DNA of 63,970 nt, filler included, from Dirinaria sp. TL-2023a (GCA_051941275.1; 42 parts of 42 records of this genome joined end to end with filler, not necessarily neighbours in it); one strand, 5' to 3'; positions 38,371-51,163 are shown, counted from the first letter of the whole stretch. Translations and numbers: made by a program. Notes: generated from the letters alone by a model not told the origin.

Positions 38371-39262
38371 CCGTGTTATGATGAGATCAAATTCAACATC
38401 AAATAAGGGCATGCNNNNNNNNNNNNNNNNNNNNNNNNNNNNNNNNNNNNNNNNNNNNTTAATTAATTAANNNNNNNNNNNNNNNNNNNNNNNNNNNNNN
38501 NNNNNNNNNNNNNNCCCCAAAACCTTTCTTGTCTTTCTCTCCTTTACCATTTCACTTTGTCCCAATCTTCCAAACCTTGGCTGTGGGAAATCTATATTTC
38601 AAATCCCACAAACAAACCAAATTTTTTCCTCTCATAGCTAGGTATAGCTATATAGCTTGGCCTACTTACGTACCTCAACCGTTCAAATAACTTATTTTAT
38701 TTACATGTACCTTACCTTACCTGATGAGCTACTTTAAGGTAGCCAGGGTTTATATATATACTTATATATATAGGTATTTATACATACATAGTTATATTCA
38801 TAAGTTAAGGTACATAAAATCAAAGTAAAGTCAAGTCAATTAAAATAATCCTAGATATTGGAACCCCCCCTTTCCCTAAATTAAATCAAACCAAATCAAA
38901 AGAACAGAACAGGACAGGACAGGACAGGACAGGACAGATTATAATGGCGGGATTGGATTGGATTGAGATTGATGATGGACGATGGAAGGTGGAAGGAAGG
39001 TTCTTGGGGTCGAGTCAAGTCGAGGATTGGGGGAGTGGAAAGAGAGTGGGTTTATTGATTCCAGTCTTCTTCTCTCTCTCTTTTTTTTTCTTTCTTTTTT
39101 TGGAGATATTTAATGATAATCTACTACCTATTTAATAATATCCTCTACGATACAAGCAAAACAGAACAGAACGCCCTCGCTATGCCCCCTCCCCGGCCCC
39201 TCAACTTCATCACCGTCATCGTACAAGTCCAAATTCTACATGTACTTTGTAGTATATCTACC

Positions 39263-39930
39263 TTACAGCGCCCCTCCCACGATGCTGACTATCCACATCG
39301 CGACCCTCACCCTCCACCGGGCTCTCCTGTCCTCGGCCATCAACTCCCGTTCCCCGACCTCCCTCGTCCCCTGCGCCAGCATCTGCTCTTCCCGCCTCCA
39401 TTTCTTGCGCAGCGCCCCGTCGCCCGACACCACCAGCGCGCCGACCTCGAGATCCAGCCCGTAGCTCCGCGTCGTGTAGTTCGAGCTGCCGATTATGACT
39501 GCCGAGGGGCCGGGGCCGTTGGGGGGTTCTTGTGATGATGACGGTGATGGCACAGGGTTAAGGGTGACCCACAGCCCCTTTGCATGATACGTCCATCCCC
39601 CTTGCTGGCCTACGGTGCCGAGGCGCCATTCCCGGAGCCGGATATCCGCACTTGTTTTCTGCGCGGCGCGCAGGAAGCGCAGCGACAGGTGCGTGTATGC
39701 TGCTGGCAGCATGCCCGAGATCCCCGCGGAACCGTAGAACCCGTTTGCGTAGGGCGAAGCGGTGAGGATTGTGCCTGGGCCGCGAGCGGCGAGGAGCGAG
39801 GATGTGATGCATGGGTGAGGGTTGAAGTAGCCGGCTGTGAAGGTGTAGCAGCTCAGTGCTGGAGTGCGGAGGAGGGTTTGTAAGGCCGGGAGCTCGGTGT
39901 TGAGGGTTGGAGGGTGGCAGAGGAGGGGGT
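39263..39930 (-). CDS. PGS1: Phosphatidylglycerophosphate synthase Pgs1, C-terminal part
   Basis: YTFTAGYFNP..ASPYANGFYGSAGISGMLPAAYT..WTYHAKGLW..IGSSNYTTRSYGLDLE (second PLD motif). Confidence 0.95.
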
Positions 39931-40030
39931 NNNNNNNNNNNNNNNNNNNNNNNNNNNNNNNNNNNNNNNNNNNNTTAATTAATTAANNNNNNNNNNNNNN
40001 NNNNNNNNNNNNNNNNNNNNNNNNNNNNNN

Positions 40031-40512
40031 ACAGTATGAGGTAGCCATATAATCTATTACACTGCCACGTCTTTCACACAAGTACTGCGTCGGCGGGTAA
40101 CCGGCGCATACGACCTTACAACAGATATATATTGATCAATGCAGGCTAGCGCCACTTGGTAGCCGGGGGTGCTCAGGGGCAATCCTTCGGGGTCTGAAGC
40201 ATGGCTAGCGCCGTCTAAGAGTCAGGGTCGGAAGGTTGAATCTCGAGACTGATTAGAAGTCAGTGCGCAGTTGACACTTATAAAGCATTGTGCCTACGAG
40301 CGCTCGTGACTCGTCAGCGCGGGGCTCGTCATGGTGAGGCAATGTTGACGCTCGCGTTTAAGTATAGAGGACCACTCACCCTTTCGGAGGGGGGTCCTTA
40401 GTGATTAGTTCTAGCAGGAACTACAGTATCAGGTAGCCGTATAACCTATTACACTGCCACGTCTTTCACATAAATACTGCGCCGGCGGGTAACCGGCGCA
40501 TACGACCTTACA
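40031..40512 (-). repeat. Two abutting family D LTR-like copies (40031-40120 and 40121-40512)
   Basis: The same terminus, ..GCATACGACCTTACA, occurs at 40120 and 40512. Confidence 0.85.
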
Positions 40513-41286
40513 ATTGCTAATTTATCATACAACACGAATTCTACTGCGTCTTTCGAAAACGTTTACATTCGTCAAATCATGTCAGCTGCTGCACACTAAA
40601 TTCTCGAGATGAGACTCATATATTTTATCGACTCTACTACTCTTTTTACGATTCTCGGCGTCAAAGAAGATCGATTTCTAAAAATCACATCACGAAATTT
40701 ATGCAATCGCTGCATCATTGTCAGAGTAGTCAGACTGAGAAACAAAAATCGATGTCGATTGAGACGAGATCGACATTCTGACACTTAATTCGTCGATTTC
40801 GACTCACGATCGAAGACTAATTTGACGTTTAGTCTCTCGAGTAATAGATTAAAATTCTTGTTAATGTGTGATTCGTATCGAAGCATCAGATCGACAGATA
40901 AACAGCTCGAGCGATCGCAATGTGAAATAAGTCATTTGTTAATAGATCATATGCCTGTTCGATAGTTCCTTTTCTCTAGATTCTCGTTGCAAGCTGAAAC
41001 TCTCAGTCAATGTTCGCGCAGAGTAAAGAATTATCAAACTCTAAAAATCATGCGAGTTGAGCTTGATTGAAGTGACTCAATCAGTTCAAGTCGATTTATA
41101 CAGAAAATGTTAGAAGATCGATCAGCAGCTTAGCTTTAAATTATGTTGACATACATCGACAGCGCAGCAAATTGAAATTTGCTCATAAACGTGTAACGTT
41201 TGTTTAATTGATTTTTGTCACGAGAAATACAGCTTCAATCGTGACTTTCAATCGTTGAAATCATCTTCATAGTCATATCGATTGCT
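40513..41286. mobile_element. Decayed repeat of undetermined class
   Basis: CC/GG-depleted, TC/GA-rich tract between LTRs; no confident motif. Confidence 0.5.
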
Positions 41287-41446
41287 TGTCATAAACATGA
41301 CCTAGAAGCACCTATGTGTGGACCCTGGAGGACCCTGAGGACTCTGATATTAAGGGGTTTTGCACTATACCCTCCTAGGCGTGTTACCCGCATACCCGAC
41401 CCCCTATTTGTTGCTTGCACCTCCTGTACTTATACTTCTGCTTCTT
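41287..41446 (+). repeat. Partial LTR related to family E
   Basis: TGTCATAAACATGACCTAGAAGCACC resembles the family E start TGTCATGAACCTAGACCTGAAGCACC. Confidence 0.6.
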
Positions 41447-41808
41447 NNNNNNNNNNNNNNNNNNNNNNNNNNNNNNNNNNNNNNNNNNNNTTAATTAATT
41501 AANNNNNNNNNNNNNNNNNNNNNNNNNNNNNNNNNNNNNNNNNNNNTTCTGTGGTGCTTCAACGCCATATAGTAGTAGTTATCTAGGAGATAAGGACCGT
41601 ACACCAATATGCGAGGGAAAAGTCTTTCCATTAATAGGTAAAACGTAAGTATGACATCCAGATGCCGTGAGACACACAATGCGATAGACGTGCCGTATCT
41701 GTAAGGCCATTGTGTATGCGAGGGCATGGAGAGACTTTCAAAACACGCCCTGATCACGAACAGCTACAAGATCGCAGTTGCAAAGCCGGGGCCAACAAAA
41801 GACGTCAA

Positions 41809-42549
41809 TTACCCGACAACAGTCTCCTGATCTGTGGGTGCGCGGACCGGTCGACCAACGACACTTCCGAAGAGATATATGACAAGCTTAGGCGGGTCTG
41901 ACGATTCAAAGCATTCCATCGGATGCAAGAAATCCAGGAGACTTGCCGCCGCTTCCTCCAATACAGCATGGGTCTTGTCCTCGCCTGGATAATCTTCTCT
42001 CTCGACGCTGCATGAAAAGGGCAAACGAAGGCTTTGCAAATTTGGCATCATGTCCAGCAGTCCCTTGATTGTAATGCCGAGATCAGTATCGAATTCGCGG
42101 TTCTTCTTACTGCCTCGTGGTTGTTTGACGAACACGGTACAGAGAAGATGAATCTCGATACTTGTTATGTGTATCTTACCAGAGGGTCCGATGTAATCCA
42201 AAGTCGTATCAGCCTTATCCAGTAGCCTAGGCATAGATATGAGACTGAAGGATCTAGAAATCTCAAATCTATTGCGTTGCCAAAAGATAGGTAAAGCCTC
42301 ATCCCGGAAGTGACGCGAGATCGTGAAAAAATTGACAAATTCTTGGTATTGTTTATACATCCCAGCTCTATGGTCGCTGGGTTTGCACATGTACGTCGGA
42401 AGCTTTCCTTTAGGGGCTAGAGTGATGTAAGATGTAACGTTGTGAAAGGACATTATTCGAGTGTAGATGTCGTCTCGGATCTCCCGAGGTAAGTCAAAGA
42501 AACCATACGGACGGTCATTGCCTGATGCTGCCATTGCTGATTGCATCAT
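41809..42549 (-). CDS. F-box-like/2EXR-like domain protein (true 3' end may be spliced)
   Basis: GFFDLPREIRDDIY..SRHFRDEALPIFWQRNRF in a 246-aa ORF. Confidence 0.65.
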   Translation of the reverse strand: MMQSAMAASGNDRPYGFFDLPREIRDDIYTRIMSFHNVTSYITLAPKGKLPTYMCKPSDHRAGMYKQYQEFVNFFTISRHFRDEALPIFWQRNRFEISRSFSLISMPRLLDKADTTLDYIGPSGKIHITSIEIHLLCTVFVKQPRGSKKNREFDTDLGITIKGLLDMMPNLQSLRLPFSCSVEREDYPGEDKTHAVLEEAAASLLDFLHPMECFESSDPPKLVIYLFGSVVGRPVRAPTDQETVVG

Positions 42550-43060
42550 GAGACAGACAGATGCTTTTTCGCTGTCAAGGTGAAGGAGGAAGCCAATGTG
42601 GCCGAAACTTGAAGTTGTGCCCTCGGGAAGGATCGTGTCCTTTTCTGCAAGCTTGTCATGTCCGAATGGTGAACGTATTTCCTTTGCAAGTTGCTCGGCA
42701 ATGTGAGGTTGCGGTTCATAGAAAATTGCAGCCAGCGAAAGTGGTTAGCTGTAAGGAGCACTGGCATATGCTACCTGTTTTTCGCGAGCATAGCTTACAT
42801 AGGTTTCGCCGGTGGGCAGCACTTACCTTTGATTTATCCTTTTTGAACTGGAAGGCTCGGTCATGGAGAAATTGAATTTTCTTACTTTCCTCGATCAATC
42901 ATCAAGAAAGGACGTGGACGGTTAGGGGATACAGACGGTAAAGTCAGTGGAGAAAGGCAGNNNNNNNNNNNNNNNNNNNNNNNNNNNNNNNNNNNNNNNN
43001 NNNNTTAATTAATTAANNNNNNNNNNNNNNNNNNNNNNNNNNNNNNNNNNNNNNNNNNNN

Positions 43061-44155
43061 GTGCGCGAGCGACGACGAGCTCTGCAGTCAGTCGCTCGTT
43101 TTCAACTCTCAATGAATCGGCATCTTGCGATATTTCGCGTTGTGCGCGAGCGACAGCGAGCTCTGCATTCAATCGTTCATTTTCGACTCTTAGTTGATGA
43201 TTTTTCTCATTCAGACGAGCATTCTCGTTCTTCGCACGATCGTGTCTGATCTGTAGTTTACTTCAATCGTTTCTTCATTTATTGACTTTCTCTCGAGACT
43301 GATTATGACGATCTTGAGTCTCAATGACAATATTATTGATCTCGTCGCGTTTCTTAACTAGCTCATTTTAATCGTCGACGCAATGAAGAGTAGTATCGCG
43401 TTTCAGACGACTCATTTTCATCGAGTTTAGCATCTCAACAGAGCGTTTGTTTACTCAGAATTGTAACTGTGAGATCGTATGTATATTCTTCGAGATGTTT
43501 GCTTCTTCTGACTCTGCGGAGACAGTATCTGACATCATCGATACGCGTCGTTTTTCTGTCTTCTTCAATAATCAAGTTATGCGTTGCTGAGACGTCATTG
43601 TCAACTCATCTGAGAACTTCGATAACAGTTGTCGCGTCGACGTCTCTTCTTTTTTCTGTTTCTGAGTCTGAGTATGTGCTTGCGTCTATTACGTCTGTGC
43701 TCTCTCGTTGGCGTCTCTAGTCATTGCTGATATCATCAATCAAATCGTACTTCTTTCTGATTACCTCGCGAAGCAACGAGAGCAAAGAATAAGATGTGTA
43801 AACAACAGTGTTTAGTTCAATTGTAGATGATGACACAGATGTTGTTGCGATTGTTTGAAACTCGTACAATTGCAAAACGAGATAAGGGGTTTGATGTTTT
43901 GTGTAATGTCAGGACCGATGCAGAATGTATGATCTATGCAGATGCTATCAACTAAATACACAAAGCATGAAGAAGAAAAGAAATCTATGAACTGAAATCA
44001 GGCATAATATGAATGTGTGAGCGTTGAACCCTAATCGATCGGACCGACCACCACTTCGGATGCGCTAACCCCGATCAGGTCAAAACTTAACATCACACAC
44101 AAAAACCTTGTAGAAAATGACCCGGGTAACAACAGTGAGAGTCAGACTCGTAACA
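43061..44155 (-). mobile_element. 5' LTR (43907-44155) plus decayed leader/gag of family A
   Basis: Same LTR as 686-934; the internal part is collinear with 50612-50914 and 61680-62480. Confidence 0.88.
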
Positions 44156-44474
44156 GTTACTAAATGTTTTAGAAAAGACAACAGAGACATTCAAGCTCTG
44201 AGTCAAATCGCATGAGATGATCAAAATAGCATGAACAGACGAGTGCACTCAGACAGTGAAAGAGATTAAACGTTTGCGTCGCGAATGTCGTATTTCGATA
44301 GACTAACAAACGTATATAAAAGTCTGCGATCGCAAAAAAAAGATATTGAGAAAACATAAACGAAACGAGTTTCGCACGATCATGCAGATCTCGAAAACGA
44401 CTAATAAAACTCTCTTCAGCAACGTCAAATGAGCTCGAAACGCGATAACAGACACGTTGACTCAAGCGATCATT
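44156..44474 (+). mobile_element. Decayed LINE ORF2 segment between endonuclease and RT
   Basis: A*TDECTQTVKEIKRLRRE..YIKVCDRKKKILRKHKRNEFR..VK*ARN (from WTxEC..RRxRR..KxxIRxAKR). Confidence 0.65.
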
Positions 44475-44574
44475 NNNNNNNNNNNNNNNNNNNNNNNNNN
44501 NNNNNNNNNNNNNNNNNNTTAATTAATTAANNNNNNNNNNNNNNNNNNNNNNNNNNNNNNNNNNNNNNNNNNNN

Positions 44575-45229
44575 GGACCGGACAGCCAGGCCCAAGTTTC
44601 AACTACGAGCTTTTTAACTGCAACAACTTTAATATACGCTATTGGAGCTGGAATTACCGCGGCTGCTGGCACCAGACTTGCCCTCCAATTGTTTCTCGTT
44701 AAGAGATTTAAATTGTACTCATTCCAATTATAAGACCCAAAAGAGCCCTATATTGTTATTTCTTGTCACTACCTCCCCGTGTTGGGATTGGGTAATTTGC
44801 GCGCCTGCTGCCTTCCTTGGATGTGGTAGCCGTTTCTCAGGCTCCCTCTCCGGAATCGAACCCTAATTCCCCGTTACCCGTGAATACCATGGTAGGCCTC
44901 TATCCTACCATCAAGTTGATAGGGCAGATATTTGAATGAAGCATCGCCGACACAAGGTCATGCGATTCGAGAAGTTATTATGAATCACCAAGGAGCGGTA
45001 AACCGCGTTGGTTTTTATCTAATAAATACACCCCTTCCAGAAGTCGGGGCTTTAACGCATGTATTAGCTCTAGAATTACCACAGTTATCCATGTAGTAAA
45101 GCAACATCAAATAAACTATAACTGATTTAATGAGCCATTCGCAGTTTCACAGTATAGGTGTTTATACTTAGACATGCATGGCTTAATCTTTGAGACAAGC
45201 ATATGACTACTGGCAGGATCAACCAGGTA
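44575..45229 (-). rRNA. 18S rRNA: 18S rRNA gene, 5' ~655 nt (basidiomycete-like)
   Basis: Starts TACCTGGTTGATCCTGCCAGTAGTCATATGCTTGTCTC and includes GTGCCAGCAGCCGCGGTAATTCCAGCTCCAATAG. Confidence 0.99.
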
Positions 45230-45987
45230 ACTGTTCACCAATCCAGACAAGAGTCTGAAGTACTTCTAATCAGTCGAAACCTTTCAAAGCGGCGTTCTGT
45301 TTCCTTATTGAAGTATCCAGATCACTTTTTGCTCACACCCTTTCGGGATTAGAACTCGAGCGAACTGGACTAGCCTTGTTATCCGACTCTCACACATTGC
45401 AAACAACATCCCTCACTCCGGAGAGTAAGGTCAGCGTCTACAGTGAAGACTACATCAAGCCGACCTTTCGATCTGACCTGAGCGCGCCTCCAAATGATTA
45501 ACTGCACTAGCTTAGCCATGGGCAATCAATCCCCACATTTCAACATTGCAAGCAGTGAGACACTACCCGACTTCTTGGACAAGCACCGAAATGCAATATC
45601 CCAGCCAGCAGAGCTTATGCCGTATAGATCCACAGAGAGACCTTCATAGCATTAGACTTTGCTAACTTGGTCAAGCCCACAGTTGTTGCTGTCTACAAGT
45701 CACCCTTTGACGCTAGCCAAAGGAACCAGAGTATACAACGACCCACGATTTGACCTTGAGATTAGAGCCCCAAGCAGCATTGGCCATTTGACTTTCGTCT
45801 CTGACCATGCCCCAAGCTGCCCACTTCTCATACTATAGGAAAGGGCACTTTTTTCGACCCACCCCCGATGTTTTTACGAGAGGCGTGAGTAAAGGTGTCC
45901 GCGATATCGCGCCTTTCTTTGTTTTGCACTTGCGCTAAGGGTTTTGAAAAAAAAAAAAAGTGCTTTAAAACGTTTACCACAACTAGA
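45230..45987 (-). other. rDNA 5' external transcribed spacer / intergenic spacer
   Basis: Lies immediately upstream of the 18S; several UUCG/GAAA-capped hairpins; Pol I start site not determined. Confidence 0.8.
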
Positions 45988-46087
45988 NNNNNNNNNNNNN
46001 NNNNNNNNNNNNNNNNNNNNNNNNNNNNNNNTTAATTAATTAANNNNNNNNNNNNNNNNNNNNNNNNNNNNNNNNNNNNNNNNNNNN

Positions 46088-47496
46088 GGAGAAACTGTAG
46101 GGTTACCGCAGGGTTATGACTAAATCATTAGTAAAACACCAAGCACCAGGAAATTTGCGCACACACATCTACCTCATCATCTGCACCTGCACCTGCACCT
46201 GCCTAGGTAAGATAACTACGCAAAGCAATGGCGTGTAAGTTGGCTATCTCCTGAAAAGCCTGGGTAGAAAGTACTGCTAAATCCACCGCGCAGGCACCAT
46301 AGGATAAGTCGGCAAACCGTCTTTACACCTACTGCACCTACTACACCTACCTTACTGCACCTGCTGCATCATGACTTCACTACCCACGCCGGGGTTTCGC
46401 GAAAGCGAATATGTGACCTCAGAACCTGCTTCGATCATGCCGCCGCCGTCAATTGACGATGCGGAGTACGCGACCGATGAAGCGCTTATTCATGCTTTGA
46501 ATCTCTTTACCAAAGAGCATGGCTATGCCGTTATCATTAGAAGCTCTGCTAAATCACCTCAAGGCGTGAGAAACAAAATCTACATACGCTGCACACGAGG
46601 AGGCAAGCCGGACTCTAAAGCTCATGCATCTAAGCGACCTCTTGCAGGTAGCAGACTCATTGACTGCCCTTTTCGCGCCGTCGCCAGAATGGAGAACGAT
46701 AAGTGGAAGCTCACAGAGATACTACATTCGAAGCATAATCACGAAGGCGGCAAGGAGGGTTCTCATCCTTACTTAAGGCGATACTTCATGACCGAGGAGG
46801 TTCGCGAGGTCATAGCAGATCTACATGGCAGCGGTTCAACGCCGCAGCAAATCCTCAATTACCTTCGCATTAAATTTCAAATGGAGGTGGACAACTGTGT
46901 TATCGGCATTCAGGATATTTACAACGCTTTGCAAGTTATGAGGCAACAAGAGCTGGGAAATCTAACACCCATACAAGCTTTGAATGTTCAATTGCATGCT
47001 ACGGAGGGCACTTGGAGCACTATGATACAAGTCAATGAAGATACTCGCAAATTGGAGTATCTCTTCTTCATCAACGATGCTTCCATGGATATTCTTCGAG
47101 CCAATGGCGAGGTCTTGATCATTGATTGCACATACAGGACCAATCGCTATGGCATGCCTCTTGCTATTCTCACCGGTGTTACGAGTCTCAATACATCCTT
47201 TTATGCCGGAATGGCCTTCTTGATGGGCGAAAAGTTGGAAGGTTATCGATGGCTTATTCGCTCTATACGCTTTTTATATAAGCATTTGAATATACCGCTC
47301 CCTAAGGTATGGCTTTCTGACGGCGAGCCAAACATTCCTGAGGCCATTGCTTTAGAGATATCGCCAAATGAAGTTCATCTTCTATGTGTGTGGCATATCG
47401 AAAACAACATACTCACCAATTGCCGAAAATACTTCGACAAGAAAGGTTGGACAGAGTTTTTTCAGAACTCAGATGATACTAAACCCATTGGAGACT
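46088..47496 (+). mobile_element. Mutator-like (MULE) DNA transposon, left part; transposase ORF 46371->47496 is intact
   Basis: FAR1/WRKY-like domain (YIRCTRGG..IDCPF..HNH) and DDE-core motifs IDCTYRTNRYGMPL, WLSDGE and LLCVWHI; CACCT(A/G)C subterminal repeats upstream. Confidence 0.93.
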
Positions 47497-47747
47497 NNNN
47501 NNNNNNNNNNNNNNNNNNNNNNNNNNNNNNNNNNNNNNNNTTAATTAATTAANNNNNNNNNNNNNNNNNNNNNNNNNNNNNNNNNNNNNNNNNNNNCCTC
47601 CTCTTTCGGGCCCCCTGCCCCCCCAAAAACAAAATCAATCAAATCAAAAAATCAAAGGAAAAAAACAGAAAAGATCAGGACAGTACCACAAACAAAGAGA
47701 AACACGAGAAACAAAAAAAAAAAATCCTAACTTACACCCCAAAACAG

Positions 47748-48046
47748 GATCCCGCGGCATCTTCCCCACCAACAACACCCTCGCTCCCCTAACCCATCCA
47801 CGCATCCGCCAAGCCTTTCTGAACATGCAAACACTCGCCGCCTCCGCCGGCGCAGATCTGACCGACTGCACGCGCCTGGTCGTGTACGTGAGCGACATGT
47901 TCCGGTACCGGCCCGTGGTGAACGAGGTGCAGAAGGAGCTCTGGGGAACCGAGGGGCCGTTCCCGCCACGAACGATTGTGGAAGTGCAGAGATTGAACGA
48001 GGACGATGTTTGTGAAGTGGAAGGGACATTTTGGATTGGCGGGTGA
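47748..48046 (+). CDS. RidA/YjgF/YER057c/UK114 family protein, last exon
   Basis: RIRQAFLNMQTLAASAGADLTDCTRLVVYVSDM..PPRTIVEVQRL..CEVEG; CTAAC..CAG acceptor. Confidence 0.88.
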
Positions 48047-50611
48047 GGATTAGGTTGTTCCTCTCTGTAGCGGGGATGTAAGTCATGGCGATAACGATGA
48101 TGATTGGGTTCATTGCTGATGATTAGGATAGGATTATCTTCATCGAATAAGGCATAGGAAAAGCGTCTTTGCGTCTTTGTATTCTTGTCCGCACGGGACT
48201 TGTGCAAAGAATACTTGCTCATGGAATAGAAATCGCGTATATCCTACTATTATAGTCGAAGACCGCTAACACCAACTACCTTATCTCATAGATACACCAA
48301 CAGTGGCCCGCTAAACTCTGCCCAATTTCCCCAACCTGAAAATCCAGCCCTCAAAATCCGAGTCTCAACCATCCAAACCTCCTCCTCATTATCACCGCAC
48401 ACTTAAAACCCCGACTTGAAAGCTTTCATCCCCTTAAACCTCGCCTTTAAAGTCGTGATACAAAGTCCCATCTCTATACCCCAATCTCCTACACTCGATT
48501 CTCTACCTTTCATGCGCTAAGAACCCCATAACCGATATATAGAAAAACAGGATATATGAGCGACGAGGAAACTTACCTAACCAGCAACACACAATAAAAC
48601 TCATGATCTGACATCAGACTCGAATCGAGCTTCGTACAGCTTTACATAAATTCGCGGAAAGAGACCGCAGATGAGAATTTAACTCCATTCTTTCTCCAAC
48701 GGCACGAGGGGGGATCTAAATATATCTTGAGATTATGCGTTGGTTTCGGTTGCGAACTTCAAGCGGGTAGTTTTGTGAATGGATGTATGTAAGTAGGTAG
48801 ATGGGAGTTAAGTTCTTTTTCGAGAAAGTTGGTTTGAAAAAAGGAAAGAAAAGAAAAGGTCAAGGCATTCTTCAAAAATCAAGAGAGAAAAAGTAACTTC
48901 AATGCCGGATGAAGTGTTTCTCATGACATCGAATCAAACCTCTATAAAACATACTAAGCCATAACATCCTTGAATTAAACACCGCCGCCCCCCCCCCCTC
49001 TTTTNNNNNNNNNNNNNNNNNNNNNNNNNNNNNNNNNNNNNNNNNNNNTTAATTAATTAANNNNNNNNNNNNNNNNNNNNNNNNNNNNNNNNNNNNNNNN
49101 NNNNGATTAGAGAAGGGAAGGGAAGGGGGGTTTGATATTTGAAAACTGTGAAGAACTGATGAGATTGTGTCTGATTTCTTGTGATGAATAATATATGACA
49201 AACTGATATTGATGAATTTCTAGCGAAATCGAGAACGTGAGAGAGTTCGATTCTTATGTAGAAGATTTTTTTTTGTATAATGCATCTGTACGAGAAGCAA
49301 GATGTGAGAGGAAATTTTGGGCGCGGAGTGGAGGATTTGAGAGAGAGAATTTTTTTTTGTGTTTTTTGATTTAAGAAAAGGAATCGTTAATCCGCTACAT
49401 CATTCGATACAGTCAAGAAATCTCTCTCTCTTTTTTTTCTCTTTTCAATTTCGTAAAGAGCTATAAAGTAAGACGTTGCTACTGTCCATGCAAGGGGAAG
49501 CAAGAGGTGAGAAGAGCGTTGTATATTTGAAGTGACATCCCCCTTTTATCAATTTATTTTCTAAGATTCTCTCGAATATCTATCATGTTACGCGTTCGTT
49601 ATCTCTTTGAGAATCTACTAAGGGTTCTGTATCAACGCAAAAGTTTTCTAATGAGCGGTGGTTTGCGGATTAGGAAAGGGAAGGGGGTAGAATGTTTTGC
49701 AAAGTGTGGAAGGGTAAAAGGGAATGTGTCACAAATATAGATTGAAAAATCTTCGAGCTGATTTTAGAGCGCGGGAATTTTTGTGTTGGGGGGGAGAGGC
49801 GGGTTTGATCGTTATGTACAGTAGAAGTTTTTCTTGGCTTTTGTTATCCTGCATCTCTCTGTTCGAGAAGGAAAGGTTGAGAGGGAACTTTTGGCGCGGA
49901 GTGGAGAATTTGAGAGGTGGAATCTGCGGCTCTCGTCTCGAACGAGTTCCTAGATGCTATACTTCTCTGATATGAATCAGCGAGCATTGAGTGGGCAATC
50001 ATAAATATCACGAATCTTTTTTAGATCTATATATATTTTTTAGCGTTATCATATGAGGGTCATTTTCCATTTCAAAAACAATTTGAAGGCTCGTTTGAAA
50101 TATTGACCTGAGGTGAGATGTAGTTTAAAATGTTTGATTGGAATATGTCGAAGATTTGATACAAGTCTAGAACAATGAATGGAATATGATCATTTACTGA
50201 TGCTGGTTTTTGCGCGAAGTATATGCGAAGTTGATGAATTGAGATTTTGTTTTGCGCCTTTGGCTGGGTGGATTGCGGACAAGAATATCGAATTACAACC
50301 CCGAAGAGACGTTCGGCCAGCATTTGATAATCTCACACATTGGATGTGGTCATTAGCCGGCGTGACTCGAATTGATCCACATAAAACTCGTCGCGCACCC
50401 GGCAGCAATGCCGACGACTGGCGCAGAAGCATTCACTGGAGGTATAGAAAGCTCCTTCCATGCATCTTTAACATCCCCATCTCCATCAACCTCAGGTCCA
50501 CAATTCCCATGNNNNNNNNNNNNNNNNNNNNNNNNNNNNNNNNNNNNNNNNNNNNTTAATTAATTAANNNNNNNNNNNNNNNNNNNNNNNNNNNNNNNNN
50601 NNNNNNNNNNN

Positions 50612-51163
50612 AACTCATCTGAGAACTTCGATAGCAGTTGCCGCGTCGACGTCTCTTTTTTTTTTATTTTTGAGTCTGAGCATGTGTTTGCGTTTGTTGC
50701 GTCTGCGCTCTCTCGTTGACGTCTTTAATCATTGCTGATATCATCAATCAAATCGTATTTCTTTCTTATTATCTCGCGAAGCAACGAGAGCAAAAAGTAA
50801 AATGTGTAAACAACAGTGTTCAGTTCAATTGTAAATAATAACACAGATGTTGTTGCGATTGTTTGAAACTCGTACAATTGTAAAACGAGATAAGAGATTT
50901 GATGCTTTGTGTAATATCAGAACCGATGCAGAAAGTATGATCTATGCAGATATTATCAACTAAATACACAAAGCATGAAGAAGAAAAGAAATCTATGAAC
51001 TGAAACTAGACATAATATGAATGTGTGAGCGTTGGACCCTGATCGGCCGGACCGACCACCACTTCGGATACGCTAGCCCCGATCAGGTCAAAACTCAACA
51101 CCACATATAAAAAGCTTGTAGAAAATGACCCGGGTAACAACAGTGAGAACCAGGCTCGTAACA
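50612..51163 (-). mobile_element. 5' LTR (50915-51163) plus leader of family A
   Basis: Collinear with 43605-44155. Confidence 0.88.
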
